Shown: positions 40,864 through 53,687 of the stretch, piece by piece
How positions within the stretch are numbered: position 1 is the stretch's first letter
Layout: each line of letters begins with the position of its first letter
Assembly (NCBI RefSeq): GCF_026210795.1
Contig: NC_089429.1
Coordinates: 2,294,001-2,358,000 of the forward strand
Length of the DNA: 64,000 nucleotides
DNA from: Rhizophagus irregularis
Lineage: Eukaryota
Reading direction: 5' to 3'
The notes under the pieces: model-generated
Database searches by the model: none
The model's input: only the letters and a program-made list of their open reading frames with translations
Told to the model about the DNA's origin: nothing
Position numbers and translations under genes: made by a program

Positions 40864-42653
40864 ATCATCATGGTTCTGCCATGATGATTAATGATATCTA
40901 CGGTTTTCTACGAAATAACTATTATGAATCTGATTTATTTAGGAATCTTGATATTAAGCAGGCTTTGCCATTGAAATCGGGATAGGTGTTGACAATGGTG
41001 TAATTCCACATTTCCATATGCTGAGTTATTTAAACAATTAGGTAAGTATAACGTGGAATATAAACAATTAGGAGCGAAAATAGAAAAGAAAAAATGTTAA
41101 CGAATCTGAAGTTTAAATTATTATATAAAAGAGAAAAAATGCAAGATTTTATATTTTAGATTGAATATCATCAAAATGATTTTAACAAACTCTTCGAATG
41201 GATTAAGAGTTGGAAGTAAAGGTAAATCATACATGCCTAATCACATCATTTTTTTTTTATTTATGTAGTACTTAATCTGTGATAATTTTCTGAAAAATTT
41301 ATGTATAGCTAATGACAATTTATACTTATACACAAAGTAGAATCATATGTATAATAGTTATTTAGCAAATAAGAGGATCATTTTCAGCACTTTTTAGACA
41401 CTTTCTCGTTACTCTCAGAATATAAAATCATAAATCAATCTATATTACACATGAATATAAATTAGCATATAACTCCATATAAATCTTCCAGTCTGCTTCC
41501 TCTCATTGAGTCGATTAAGACGAACTCGATATTATAAATTTTATTAAATTTGGATTATTAGTTAGCTAAAAAACAGGGGGGGTATGTATTGTAGTTTAAA
41601 ATTTTTGAAAAATACCTTATTATACTAAAATGGTGAAGCTTCAACTGAGTAAAAGAATAAAATCTGGAATAACTTAATGCATTTTAAAAAAAGAAATCTT
41701 TATATTTATTCTGAAAAAAAAAAAAATAACTGTTGATAGAAATAAAATGTAAAATGGATATCTGTTTTATACAATCAACTTGTATATTTTTGGAATAAGA
41801 ATTGATAAAAGTAAAAGATATATATATATATATGATGAATTGAAGAGTAAGTTTAATTTAGACATATTTCCTTTAATAAAGCATATTGGATCGGAATATG
41901 CATTAATATTAAATTATAGCTTGTATCAAAAATAAGTTTGTTTTGAAAATTATATGGAAACAAAACAGCCAATCTTTTCCAATAAGTAGATGAAATTCTA
42001 TTATTGGTATTTTGCGGAGAGGTTTCAAATCCATTTGGTAAATTTTGATATAAGGAACCATATAATAACGTATGTAATTATAAATATATTAAAAATAAAT
42101 TCAGTATTTTCGCAGAAAACAAACTACATAGTTATATTTTATAGTTGAAAAATGTTATTAGAAGCAGCAGGCAGAAATATACCTTTTTATATACTTCAAG
42201 GATAAAAGGAATTTCAGAACAATAGCTAAAAGATGCATCTATTATACATAAATAGGTAAGATTGGATTAATACAATAATTATATTCAAACTATTTGATAC
42301 AACATTATCGCAGTATTATTATAGAATCGTTTTATAATATATTTTTTGCATGTAAACTTTTTTATGCAAAAATTATATCTAATAAAATATTCCATTTTGA
42401 CTACAAACATATTATCAAAAAATTCCATTCCATTAAAATTAATTTCTGAAAAATCTGATTCAACTGATTTATATTTATGCCATACATTAGAAGTTTGTAA
42501 AAAACATGAATGTAGAATAAACATGTGTTAAAAAATTGGTTATAATAATGAAAAAACGGTGTAATCTCTGTAATCAAAGCGAAATACGCCGTATTCCATA
42601 CATGAGTCAAGAAAAATCATAAATTATAAATGAAGTACGCCTTTTTTTATATA

Positions 42654-43410
42654 ATGTCATCGCAATTTTTGAAGTAATTTTTTTTTAATTTTTCACTGTT
42701 CCCTTTTCCCCCTTGCTTTTGATTACAGCACATTCAAAAATGGCGATTCTATTACTATGGGAAAATCTATTTTCAAATCCTTCTAAAAATAATCGTTTTC
42801 TTGAAATTTATTTACATGATTTAAATTATAACCGAATATGAAATGAATAATAAATTGTTTCCTTCAAATACATTATTCAATTATCCTTGTTAAATATAGA
42901 TGAAATAGGACATTCTATTGAAAAGTGGGTGTAAAAAATACTTTTAATATTATTGAGCTAAGTTTATGATTTATCAAATTCTAAGAAAGATAATTAATAA
43001 ATTAAATGGCAAATAAATAATTTTATAAATTGTTGTACAATTAGAATAATTAGAATATAAAAATTTTATGAATTTGTATTACATTTGAAACCCTTTAAGT
43101 TATAAATTTTTAACATTTAAATAACCATGATTATTAAAAGAATTAGGACAAATTCTCCCTTTTTAAATTAGAATTATATCTTATATTTAATAAGAATGAT
43201 TTTGAAATATTTTTATGCAATTTTGATGATATATTATCTTATGTAGAGGAACATATTATGAGAAAGAAAAGGGACCTTTAGTCAACTGGGAAAAGTATTA
43301 ATGAAAGGTAAAGTAAAAAAAAAATTTGAATTATATGATGTTGAAGTACAAAATCATTATAATATAGAGATTTTAATTACCAAAGTAGTAATATATCAAA
43401 GAAGTAGTAA
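42654..43410 (+). pseudogene. Heavily deleted F-box/LRR pseudogene related to the 32308 gene
   Basis: AILLLWENLFSNPSKNNRFLEIYLHDLN, NNKLFPSNTLFNYP, GHSIEKW, ELGQILPF and EEHIMRKKR correspond in order to segments of the 560-aa protein. Confidence 0.75.
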
Positions 43411-44407
43411 ATTTAATATTATTATGTAGGATATATTTTGTATTATAATAAATTATATTTACAACAATATTTAAAATCATTATTATTCATAAAAGGATTA
43501 AAGTTCAAATACTCTAAAACATTAGTTCTAAAGAAATTAATCATTAAGAACAATATCATTATGTTATAGAAATTTTAGGTGATTGATGACATTACTAAAG
43601 AAATCCTAAAGAACGTCTCAAACCTTTGAATCGAAATAAAATTTTCAAAAGTCTGGCTAAAAAAACTCAGTTCTGCTTTATTATAAGTTTCGAATCATCA
43701 TATCTAAAACGTTAATTTCGTTAATCGCAAATTGCGATTTTTAATATTTATTAATTATTCCGCATAAATCGAGTAATTTATCATTACATAAATTTTAATA
43801 CTTACACTGACGTATTGTATAACATTCTTACTTCTAAATAAGATTAAGAGCTACTTTTAATATTTCACAATAATGAATTTATATTTTTAATAAATAATTA
43901 ATCTACGAAATTTGATGCTTCCCTCCAAAAAAAGAGTAATGTGAATGCCTGGTGTACCATTGCATTAGTACTCCGTGACCTAAGTTTTTGGTGTCTGGTA
44001 TGCAGAACACTATTTTCTTAACATACTTTATAATAATCAAATTACTTTTAGTATGAATGGTGCAATAAGTTTATATTAACAGATAAATTCAAGACAAACT
44101 AAATACCATGGTCGGGATCTTTATTTAGAATACACTAATAAAAATTCTCACTTGTGCTATTTATTTATTAAAATAGGCTATTGACTGTAAAAATTATTGT
44201 CACATTTAATAATTTATAAAAACACAAATATGAGAGAAACAAAGAGAAAAAAAAATCAAATATAAAAATTCTTTAATATCCCATATAATATTTCTATGAA
44301 AGAAAGAAATATATATATATTAATAAAATTTCATAGAAAGCTTAATATTTTTGTAAATAAATATAACAAAATAACTTAACAATACGAAATTACTATTACA
44401 TACCAAT

Positions 44408-46132
44408 TCAAAATATTGATTTAAGAAAGCTTTTTGTAAAGGGTTCTGTACTATCTTCAACTATAAATAGATCCTTTGCTTCTTCTAATATTTGTGTTGT
44501 AAGTTGGGGTTGATAAAAATATAAAACATTCTTATCATTCATATACCTAAGTTTCTTTAAGGAATTTTTTCGACTGGCATATTCCATAATAACTTTTAGA
44601 ATAGCATCATTAATACGCGCAAATATGCTAATTTCTTTGAAATTACAATGCACATTCTCTAACAAAACTTTTAACTTCTCTGCTACTACAAGGTAATCCA
44701 TCTCCAAGATTTTTAAAGATTGAGAAAATGAATGTGCTAATTCTGTAACAGCATCATCTTTAAGAGAATTGCTACAACTCAATTTTAAATGAACAAGATG
44801 CTTCAAACTTTTCATAAATGAAACAGTACATGAAAATTCTCTTCCAGCTGTTACTATTATAAATAAATGAGTGAGATTCGCACAGAATGGTTGAATTGAT
44901 GACGTGACATTATGATTAGTAAAGGGATTATAAATATCTTGTCTACCATAAAAAAGGGTTTTGAGACCATTATTTGACATTAAAACAATTCTTTCAAAAA
45001 GTTTAAGAACAGAAGAATGAGATATTCTAACATAAAGGTTCTTGAGATGAATTAAATTTGATGAAATGGGTTTATCAAAAATTGAAATTAAATCAACATC
45101 ATTAATACCATTAAAATAAAAACTTGTAAGTTCAATCGTTCTCAAATTTGGGCAACGATCTATAATATTAAGAACAGTAGAACAACTAAATATGTCATGT
45201 AATTTTAAATAAACCAAAGAGTGTGAATGCTTTATAAATAAATTTGCAAAATCAACGTTTTTTGAAAAACAATGAGTTTCTAATGATTTCAAATTATTTA
45301 ATGAAAGAATAAAAGTTTTCAAAATTTCTAATAATTTATCATATTCTGTTCTAATCTTTATTAACTTTTTCGTTCCATTCCTATGTTCTCTAGTATGTAA
45401 TACTGTGAATGAGAACCTAACATGTTGAATATCTTTGTTGTGATTAGAGATTATGTTAGCGAGTATTGACGCATTCCTTTGAACAAATTTTAAAAATTCC
45501 ATCTTCTTAGTATCAAATTTAAAATTAAATCCAAAAGAGAATTTTTTGATATTTGAAAGAACTTGCTCAAGAACCTCATTATTAAATGAACTCATGTCTA
45601 TTTGATTTCTTTCAACGCTTATTTGATGATCATTCAAATCAACATTTACATACTTGAAATTACTTTGGTCATTGAATAACAACTTTTCAATAAAAGGATT
45701 AAGAATACGAACAATACTATTAATTCTGTTCTCTGTAGGTGTAGCTGAATAGTATTGGCGAAGAAAAACCCTCATTGATGCTTGTATATCATTTATTTCA
45801 AATTCTTGAAGGAAACTTGGGTAATTAATAAAAGGTTTTGGAAAATACGAAACAGACTTTTTAAGAAAAGGTGTTATTTGTTCTTTCTCTTTATCATCAA
45901 GGCAAGAAAAATATGTTTGAAAGATAAGACTCCTTTTGACTTCATCTTGAACGTACTTAAATGGATTACTCCAAAGTATCCGGATAGAGATTTGGCAGAA
46001 AGTTTGATTTAAAGCAATACATGAATGTAAAGTTTTCATATCATGAACAAAATATTGAATAATCTCATATATACAATCAGCTGGTAAAGTTACTGGAACA
46101 TTTCCTTGAGCAACGTTATTATCTTTATTCAT
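44408..46132 (-). CDS. Intronless F-box-like / LRR protein, about 574 aa
   Basis: ATG at 46132 (the track start at 46180 is TTG); LPADCIYEIIQYFVHDMKTLHSCIALNQTFCQISIRILWSNPF, FINYPSFL, then LRR-like repeats such as CPNLRTIEL and CANLTHLFI. Confidence 0.85.
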   Translation of the reverse strand: MNKDNNVAQGNVPVTLPADCIYEIIQYFVHDMKTLHSCIALNQTFCQISIRILWSNPFKYVQDEVKRSLIFQTYFSCLDDKEKEQITPFLKKSVSYFPKPFINYPSFLQEFEINDIQASMRVFLRQYYSATPTENRINSIVRILNPFIEKLLFNDQSNFKYVNVDLNDHQISVERNQIDMSSFNNEVLEQVLSNIKKFSFGFNFKFDTKKMEFLKFVQRNASILANIISNHNKDIQHVRFSFTVLHTREHRNGTKKLIKIRTEYDKLLEILKTFILSLNNLKSLETHCFSKNVDFANLFIKHSHSLVYLKLHDIFSCSTVLNIIDRCPNLRTIELTSFYFNGINDVDLISIFDKPISSNLIHLKNLYVRISHSSVLKLFERIVLMSNNGLKTLFYGRQDIYNPFTNHNVTSSIQPFCANLTHLFIIVTAGREFSCTVSFMKSLKHLVHLKLSCSNSLKDDAVTELAHSFSQSLKILEMDYLVVAEKLKVLLENVHCNFKEISIFARINDAILKVIMEYASRKNSLKKLRYMNDKNVLYFYQPQLTTQILEEAKDLFIVEDSTEPFTKSFLKSIF

Positions 46133-46746
46133 GATTTTTTTTTTTTTAAGAAAAAATAAAAGGGGAAGACTTTTTTTCAAATTTTTTTTCGTTCATTCAT
46201 ATTTATGGCGCAAGATCCTTACACAAGCTCCGATCCTTATTTAATCAAGATGCAAATGTCGCACAAAAAAAATATACGGGATATTATTAAATTTCAAAGG
46301 TTTTTGTATTAATTTGATCTTCTCGATTGATTCCCTGTTGAGTCGATGATCATCCTGAAATTTACGAGTTATGGATTAATCGGAATCCGGAAATTAATTT
46401 AAAATGTTCGAAATAATATCATAGCATTTTGGGCATTACCATAATCCAATTAATCTATATACTTATGACACTTTTCAAACCAGATACATACTTTTTTTAC
46501 CAAATATAGAGTAATTTTTTAATAGATGATTCATGATTGACGTATTTGTTAACAGTAACATTTAATTATTTTTATTGGATGATCCTACAAGAAGAATTAC
46601 TCTTTATTTATGGAATTTATGCATGGAACCTTATTATTATCCATTGTAGATATAAACTTTGTAATAGAATTAATTAGACCGACAAATATTGGGTTTTCAT
46701 TACGGGCCAAAAAACGTATTTCCCGCAGTATTTATGGAATGATTAT

Positions 46747-46920
46747 TAGTCAACTCTCTATAAATGCACCCCTTGGGACTGGATAAAAGCGTGCGATTAC
46801 AAACGGTGTGCATTTATAAAGAGTAAATAATTAGAGGTCATATATACTTGGGACTGAATCAAAGTGTGCATTTAAGAAGGGAATGCACTTATAAGTAGTG
46901 CATTTATAGAGAGTTGACTG
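46747..46920. mobile_element. pogo/Tc1-type MITE
   Basis: 22-bp TIR AGTCAACTCTCTATAAATGCAC; TA at the right flank; internal gtgcattta repeats. Confidence 0.85.
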
Positions 46921-47929
46921 TATTATTAAATTTTGCACTAGATATTACGTTATGTAATACTTCATGCTAGAGTTTACCCTCTATTATAATAATTTTTTGT
47001 ATAATTTTTATAAGGATGATGCTCTTAGAATCTTGTAAGCTCTACAAGAAAAATAACAAGCTAGATAAAATGGATAAATTGAGATTTAAGACTTAACAAA
47101 AGTTAGCTGCAGGAAAACGAAAATAGGTAATTTTGCTATGGAGTATAGATCAAATATACATGAGAATATTAACGAACCCAACCAACTTTACATCTAAGTT
47201 ATAGCTCTTTTTGTTGTTCGATTAAAGAATTTTAAAATCTACAGAAACTTAGTCTTTTACTAGAGATTGACATTATGAAAAAAGCTTTGATTTATCCAAT
47301 TAGTAACTATAAGAATCTGACTATCAACGTTCTTTTTATATTTGATATGGTTTTCTACGCAATTGCATATTAACCATTAATTATCGTGTAGTCTTATTAG
47401 TAAGTACTTTTATATAAAATAATATTTTCTTCTGCCTAAATTAAAAATTTCATTCACAAATGTTCGAATTATTCCAGTTCGGCCAGAATTAGCATGGCCA
47501 GATTTAGGCTGAATTAGAACCTAAAGCTGGCCGGTCTTTAAAAAATTCAACCACCAATTAACAGGATTTTTTAACCAATTTTAATTTTTATTTATTTATT
47601 ATTTGTTTTATTTCAGATTTTCTATTGAATTAATTTTATTGATCACAAAATTATTATTGGAAGACCTAAAGAAAGAATATGAAGAAAATAACTTTTTCTT
47701 ACGAAGTGCCTTAGGGCCTAGCATTTACAAGAAAAAAAATTCTCACGTCGTTGAACATGTGGGACTATGGGTTATGGGATACTCTTTTTTTTTTATTTTT
47801 AAAGTTGATACGCAGGTACCAAGTCCGGATTTTTTTTCTTTCAGAAATGGAGGGTATGATCATGATATCATTTTCACAATAATTCTCGAAAATAAGGCAC
47901 GTGACGATGACTTTCACACGTCATTGACT

Positions 47930-48680
47930 ACAATCATTACACGAAACCTTGACGATCAAACTGCTGTCTGAAAAAGATTTTTATTGCGTTGTTGTTTAGC
48001 TTGAGACGGACTGTGAACAGCGAGCATGCGATCCTCGAAATTCATACTTGCCATGTAATATAAGACACCTGCTTTGGAAAATCTGGCTGTGGTATTCAAT
48101 TTTTGATAGGGAAAGATATTTCACCTAGAAACAATGAAACGATCCCTCATTTCAAGAGATGTCGCAACTGTTAGTATCAAAAACCAACCCTTAAATTTAC
48201 TTTATTCATTGAAAGCCATCAAAACTATTCAACGAGTGGACCTTTTCGAAAGCGTGTAAGCTCTATGAGCTTAGCGATGACTCGAAACCTAGCATTGATG
48301 TATATGAAGCGTTGTGTAAACTTTTAGACAAAATGGAAACGTGTACTGTGTGCAAGCCGACAATCGTATCCTATGAGGCCACGAAAACATCTATTCCTAC
48401 ACTTATTTCGCCTCACTAATTTTCCTGTTTAAATTGAGAAGAACGGACGCGAAAATCTTTTGACTATGAAATTGAATTACGTATAACCGGGAGGGAGAAT
48501 GGTGGGGAGTAAAAGTCATACCTACTTGTATCCTTGGTGGCTTGGTACTCCCAACCTATTGTGATACAAAATGAAAATATGAAAGAAAAGGCGGAAAAGG
48601 TCCTTGTACATATTATGGTTGTTGAGGTGGAGGTTTCTAGGGAAATAAGAAAGGTGGGTCATCGGGTAGTCTTATGATTG
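47930..48680 (+). pseudogene. Decayed gene of an expanded Glomeromycotina family (Crinkler/REase-like)
   Basis: Fragments ENLAVVF, RYSPRNNE, PSKLFNEWTFSKACKLYELSDDSKPSIDVYE, IVSYEATK..IYSYTY and MKEKAEKVL, with frameshifts. The family call is recalled resemblance. Confidence 0.5.
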
Positions 48681-50143
48681 AAATAGATGGGCCTTAGGAT
48701 GGTTTGAAGTGGTTATCTCAATCACTCATTCATGTAGTTTGTTTTACGTGTATAGAAACGTCATGTACTACGCGCTATTCTTGGATTTTTGTATTTTCTA
48801 CATCAATGCTATAACGTAATAAAATTTTTTTTTACAAGACGCTGATCGTAACAAAATGGCATAGTTTTTCATAACATAAAATCAATTGAGGTGAACGTTA
48901 AATTTAGCAGCACATGATCCTCATCCACAGGATGATATTTTTTCGGAAAGTTCTAGCATAGTATTAATTATCTAGCCTTATTGATCTCAAATTTTTTTAT
49001 TGTAATTAAGGTCTGTTGGTCAGGTTTTCGTGATGCGATCATATTTTCCGAAGATTGATTTCAAAATCGATCTTTAGACCACTGCAAAAGATGAGGCTCT
49101 GGTTAGTAAATCCTTTTATCTGCCTTGCGTAAGTAATGCGAAATAAAGAAGAATAAAAGAAAAGTATGTTAATAACACTTAGATTTGATTCATCATCATG
49201 ATTCTAGTCATTTTTTCTGCTTTATTACAATTCTTGATCTTTTTAGCATATTTGACAAAGAAATCGTGGTAGTTGGCACGTGTTTTGTGGGCACAGTTCA
49301 CAGTTCTCATATATCGCAAATTTAAAAGCCTGGCAATATCGTTATGACAAACTCTATCAAAAGCATTCACTGTGAATGTGAAGCGGAATATGAAAATGAA
49401 ATATAAAGGTTAGAGTGGATTGAAAGTAATTTTTTACTTTTTATCTGCTAGCAATAGACATCATTTCAGAATGTATGTGTGGGAATTAGTCAAAAAAAAA
49501 ATTATGTCATTTGGAGTAATGTGGCGAAAATTTAACTTCTGAAATCATAGAAGCAAAGTATATACGATGAAAAATTAGCATTAGACAGTATGGAGTAGCG
49601 GGAAAGAACTCCCATTTTATGGGTTAGGGCTTGAGATCTATTTTTTACGTATAATTATATAATTATTTCAACTAAAATAAAAGATTTTTGCTTTATTATT
49701 TCTGATAGAACGTGTAACTAGTTGCTCTCAAATTATAATTATATAAATTACATTAGAAAATTGCATCAAATAGGCATAATAATTCTCATTATAACTACGA
49801 TACGATATTTAATCAACGACTGTTATTTCTGTATCTTCTTCTCCCCCATTTTTGATACTTCCTCTTTATCTCCTCTAGTAACAAATCTCCGTATACTTCC
49901 GTATACTCCCATAAAATCCAGAAGCAGATCAGAACGGTTTAAAGAGAATTTCAAGAAAAGAACGGTTTACAGTAATCACCACAAGTCATTCACAACTATT
50001 TATAGCCTTCAATGTAAACTCTGTTTTATGGACGGAAAAATCTGATTCAACAGCAGATCGGCTCTTTTGCATGTAGTGTTAGAAAGTCAGTTGTCCCACT
50101 ACCTCTACGAATCAACACAGTACTCCCTATTGTGCAATACTTC

Positions 50144-50332
50144 ATCTTTTGCTAAGATATAGAAAGAGGTTCTTCTAAGAATCAATAGTGGAAAGTTAGG
50201 GTCCATGTATTAATATTTAAAACTAGGAGTAATATTTTATCTTTTGCTAAGATATAGAAAGAGGTTCTTCTAAGAATCAATAGTGGAAAGTTAGGGTCCA
50301 TGTATTAATATTTAAAACTAGGAGTAATATTT
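50144..50332. repeat. Near-perfect tandem duplication, 95-bp period
   Basis: atcttttgctaagatatagaaagagg...ctaggagtaatattt occurs at 50144 and again at 50239. Confidence 0.95.
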
Positions 50333-53289
50333 AACGTATTTTCCCCACCTATTTGTTTCACTTTTTTTATTGTCAAGTTTCTTGTTTTAATCTTCCGATT
50401 AATTAAATAAATAATGAGATAGTAATGAGATACCGTATTTGGCAATACAATTTCTTTTCCTAAAATTCTTCAATTATATACTACGATATGTCTTTTTTCA
50501 GTTGGTACAAAATCATTTATTCCGAAGACCAATGATAATACAAACCATTACTGGAAAATTGAAAAAATGTTTGTTTGCTTAATGAAATACATAATAAAAA
50601 TTTTCATATTTTAAATAATAATGCTTACAGCTATACATAAACCAAATTCTCAAAGTCTTAAAGTTCTATAAAAATTATGAGATTTTAACCCTCTTTGTTC
50701 AACAAATTGTTGTGCTATAATATCTCCTGTAACAAATAATGTTCCTGAATAAATTCAAATTTATAATATTAAATTTCTAAAAATTTTGTAATAAATTAAA
50801 AAAGAGTCCATCCACCGATCCACGGCTATCTGGTATCGTTCTTTAGACCGGTTTGTTACAATTAAAAATCCCATGTTAGGTAATTATATCCCTTGATGTC
50901 CCGCCAAAATTTTAATGTCCCGGACATTGTCCGTCCACACGTCCCGTCCAAAAATTGTCCAAGTTTACAATTTGTCTTATCAAGACAACACCTAATGGGC
51001 TATAATTTATATTTAAGATCACGTGATTTTAATGCCGGACATCTTTGGACGTGTCCTAGACTGTCCCGTCCCTATGACAACACTGCCTTGCATTAAAAGA
51101 TTAATTAATTCATTTATTTATTTTTCTTTTTCAATAAAGGACTATTAACGCGTGTCACTTTAGATCCCATGTTTTATTACAACATTTTTCGTAGGTCGGG
51201 CACTATTAGAAGGTCAACAAATTTTAGAAAAGCTTGGAGATGTAAAAGATGTAAATATAAATTCCTCTCAGAATATTTATCTTAAAGATATTGTTTACTT
51301 AACATTAATATTTTTTACCTTCTAATATACACAGGCTTTTGTACCTACTTTAATTAATAATTATAAATTGTACAATTGCTCAATTTTCATTTTATTCCAT
51401 TGAATTATTTTAGTTGTTAATTGTGTTGCACTTGGCTGGAATACTTATTTATTTGTTATCAATAAGAAAGTTCCGACAAAGTGAGTGTTAAATAGGAAAC
51501 GAAATAAATGGAATTGACTACTAGTGATAGAAAAAATTTTGTTATAAATAAAATTATTAAAACTTTCGTTGACGGTCTAGTAAAATGACTGATGAGATTT
51601 CTTCGAGCGTATTTATTATATATTTTTGAAATAATATCAACAAGATGATAACTAAAAAAGAATCAATGGTCAATATTTATTTTGATTAACAACATCAGAT
51701 ACTAACATCTACTTACAAATCAAGAAGAACTTTTTCACAATACAACCTAAATGGTTCATTCAGAACTTCAACCTGAATTGCAGTTTTGAATTTTTTTCAG
51801 TTTCTTTAGAGACCGGTTCTTCTTTGATATGGAATTGTTTATTCCGCTGTTGATCTCGTTGATATTCCCACTTTCCTTTTATCAGATTGAATAAAATGTT
51901 TTGAAATTAATAATACTCTTCAGCCCTCATTTCTGATTTTCATTCGATTTCTGATCCCATCAGAACATCAGACAAGCTAGGAGGTCATCTGTGCCCCATT
52001 ACTGTTCGATGGCTCTAAGAGTTTTGAATGACGAACAATCTAGGAGATTTTCGTTCGCCACGCCACATATTCAAAAGTTTTTTACTTTCTTATAATCATC
52101 GTATAGCAACTTTGCTTCATCACCCCTTTTTCCTTGTTCACTATTCATAATTGCCTCTAGAGATTTAAGATATGCATCTATTTTAAGCTTGAAAGGCTCC
52201 TCAGTAGATTAGTTTAAAAAATATAAAATGCCTCAGTATGCAGAATTTCGCTTGAAGTAAACGTGAAGTTACATTTTTCCTTCTACAAATATATTCCCTG
52301 AAGTATAACTGTGAATCCGTTTAAATAGACTTTTTTGTTGGTCAAACATGACGAACTTTCCATTAACGTCATTGAAAATGGGAATTGGAATCAAACCGTA
52401 ACAAATGAACGACTGTGAGAAGATATTATTAAGTTTTTTGAGGGGGGGATACTGAAAACTTATAATAAAATAGACGCGAGTAATTTAAGTAATTTAGTAA
52501 AAAGATCAAAAAAATCACGAGTAAATCATATGATTTTCGAGTAAATTCGAGTCACGTGGTTGGCGCAGCGTACTGCGTATATATCGCAAGTTCGCAACAC
52601 TGAATTCAAATATAATGAATCTAGAATTTTATGGGTTTGCATTGTATCCTTAGTTAACAAATTTATATCATGGACATTCGAATCTCAGTATATTTGAATA
52701 TCATGACAGATTCGAATCTCAAAATTCTATATTCGAATATCTAAATTTACATGTTTTATAACGAACGTTCGAATATCCTAATTTCAAACGGAAGCATACG
52801 CAGCGATGTGCACTGGAAGTTACCATTTGGACTTCGAATCTCAATAATATTTCTAATTCTGACAAAAGTCATTGGGAAACTTCCAATGTATATCACTTCC
52901 TATACGTACTGTACGTATAGTCAAGGTATTAACACGAAGAAGCTAAGAAAGCGCGTTCCTTGTTTACTTTTCTTAGTTCTCAAATTCTGCTAAAGTTTTT
53001 AGTTTAACCAAATAAAATAAATAATTTATTCCAATAAAATATCTAAACGTATGTTTCTAAACAATAAGTAATTGCAGAATAACAAATTTATCGGCTTTAT
53101 TGAGATTAGTAAGATTTTCGCAGTTCAAATTCAAAAAAGCGAATTGAATGTTCCTCTTTTTGTGCTTATTTCTTATAATTAAACGAAGATTCACTTCTCG
53201 ACATATTTTGTCTCGATTATTAAACTAATTAATTTTAGAGATTTTACGATACGATGCGAACAATGATGATGTTATTAAACTAATTTTCG

Positions 53290-53489
53290 GGGGTGACGAA
53301 AACAAGTACAGTATGGAATCCTATGTATGTATGTATGGTGACCTATGTATGGATGTATGGTGGCCTATGTATAGTATATTACTATTGTGATAACTATACC
53401 GTATGAAAATTAACACCATACATACCATACATTGACCACCATACATACATACATAGGATTCCATACTGTACTTGTTTTCTATATAATCC
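53290..53489. mobile_element. Mutator-like MITE (200 bp) upstream of the MLKL-like gene
   Basis: 9-bp TSD TAATTTTCG (53281-53289 and 53490-53498); GG..CC termini; perfect 43-bp inverted arms 53298-53340 and 53437-53479. Confidence 0.8.
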
Positions 53490-53687
53490 TAATTTTCGTA
53501 AGTAGATTCGAAAATATTTACGTATTACTATGTATGGTAAATGATGAACTTATTATATAGATTAGATTATCTTTTTTAGTAGGTGTTACCACATTGTGAT
53601 AAATGCTACAAAGTTAATTGAGAATTTAGCATATAAACAAAATTTTCTTTTTTTTTCTCATAATTTTTTATCTAATTTTTTACAATT

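Noticed and set aside
51590..52420. Minus-strand coding-like remnant (TEEPFKLKIDAYLKSLEAIMNSEQGK)
   Set aside because: Probably a gene relic, but broken by stops and not assignable by eye.
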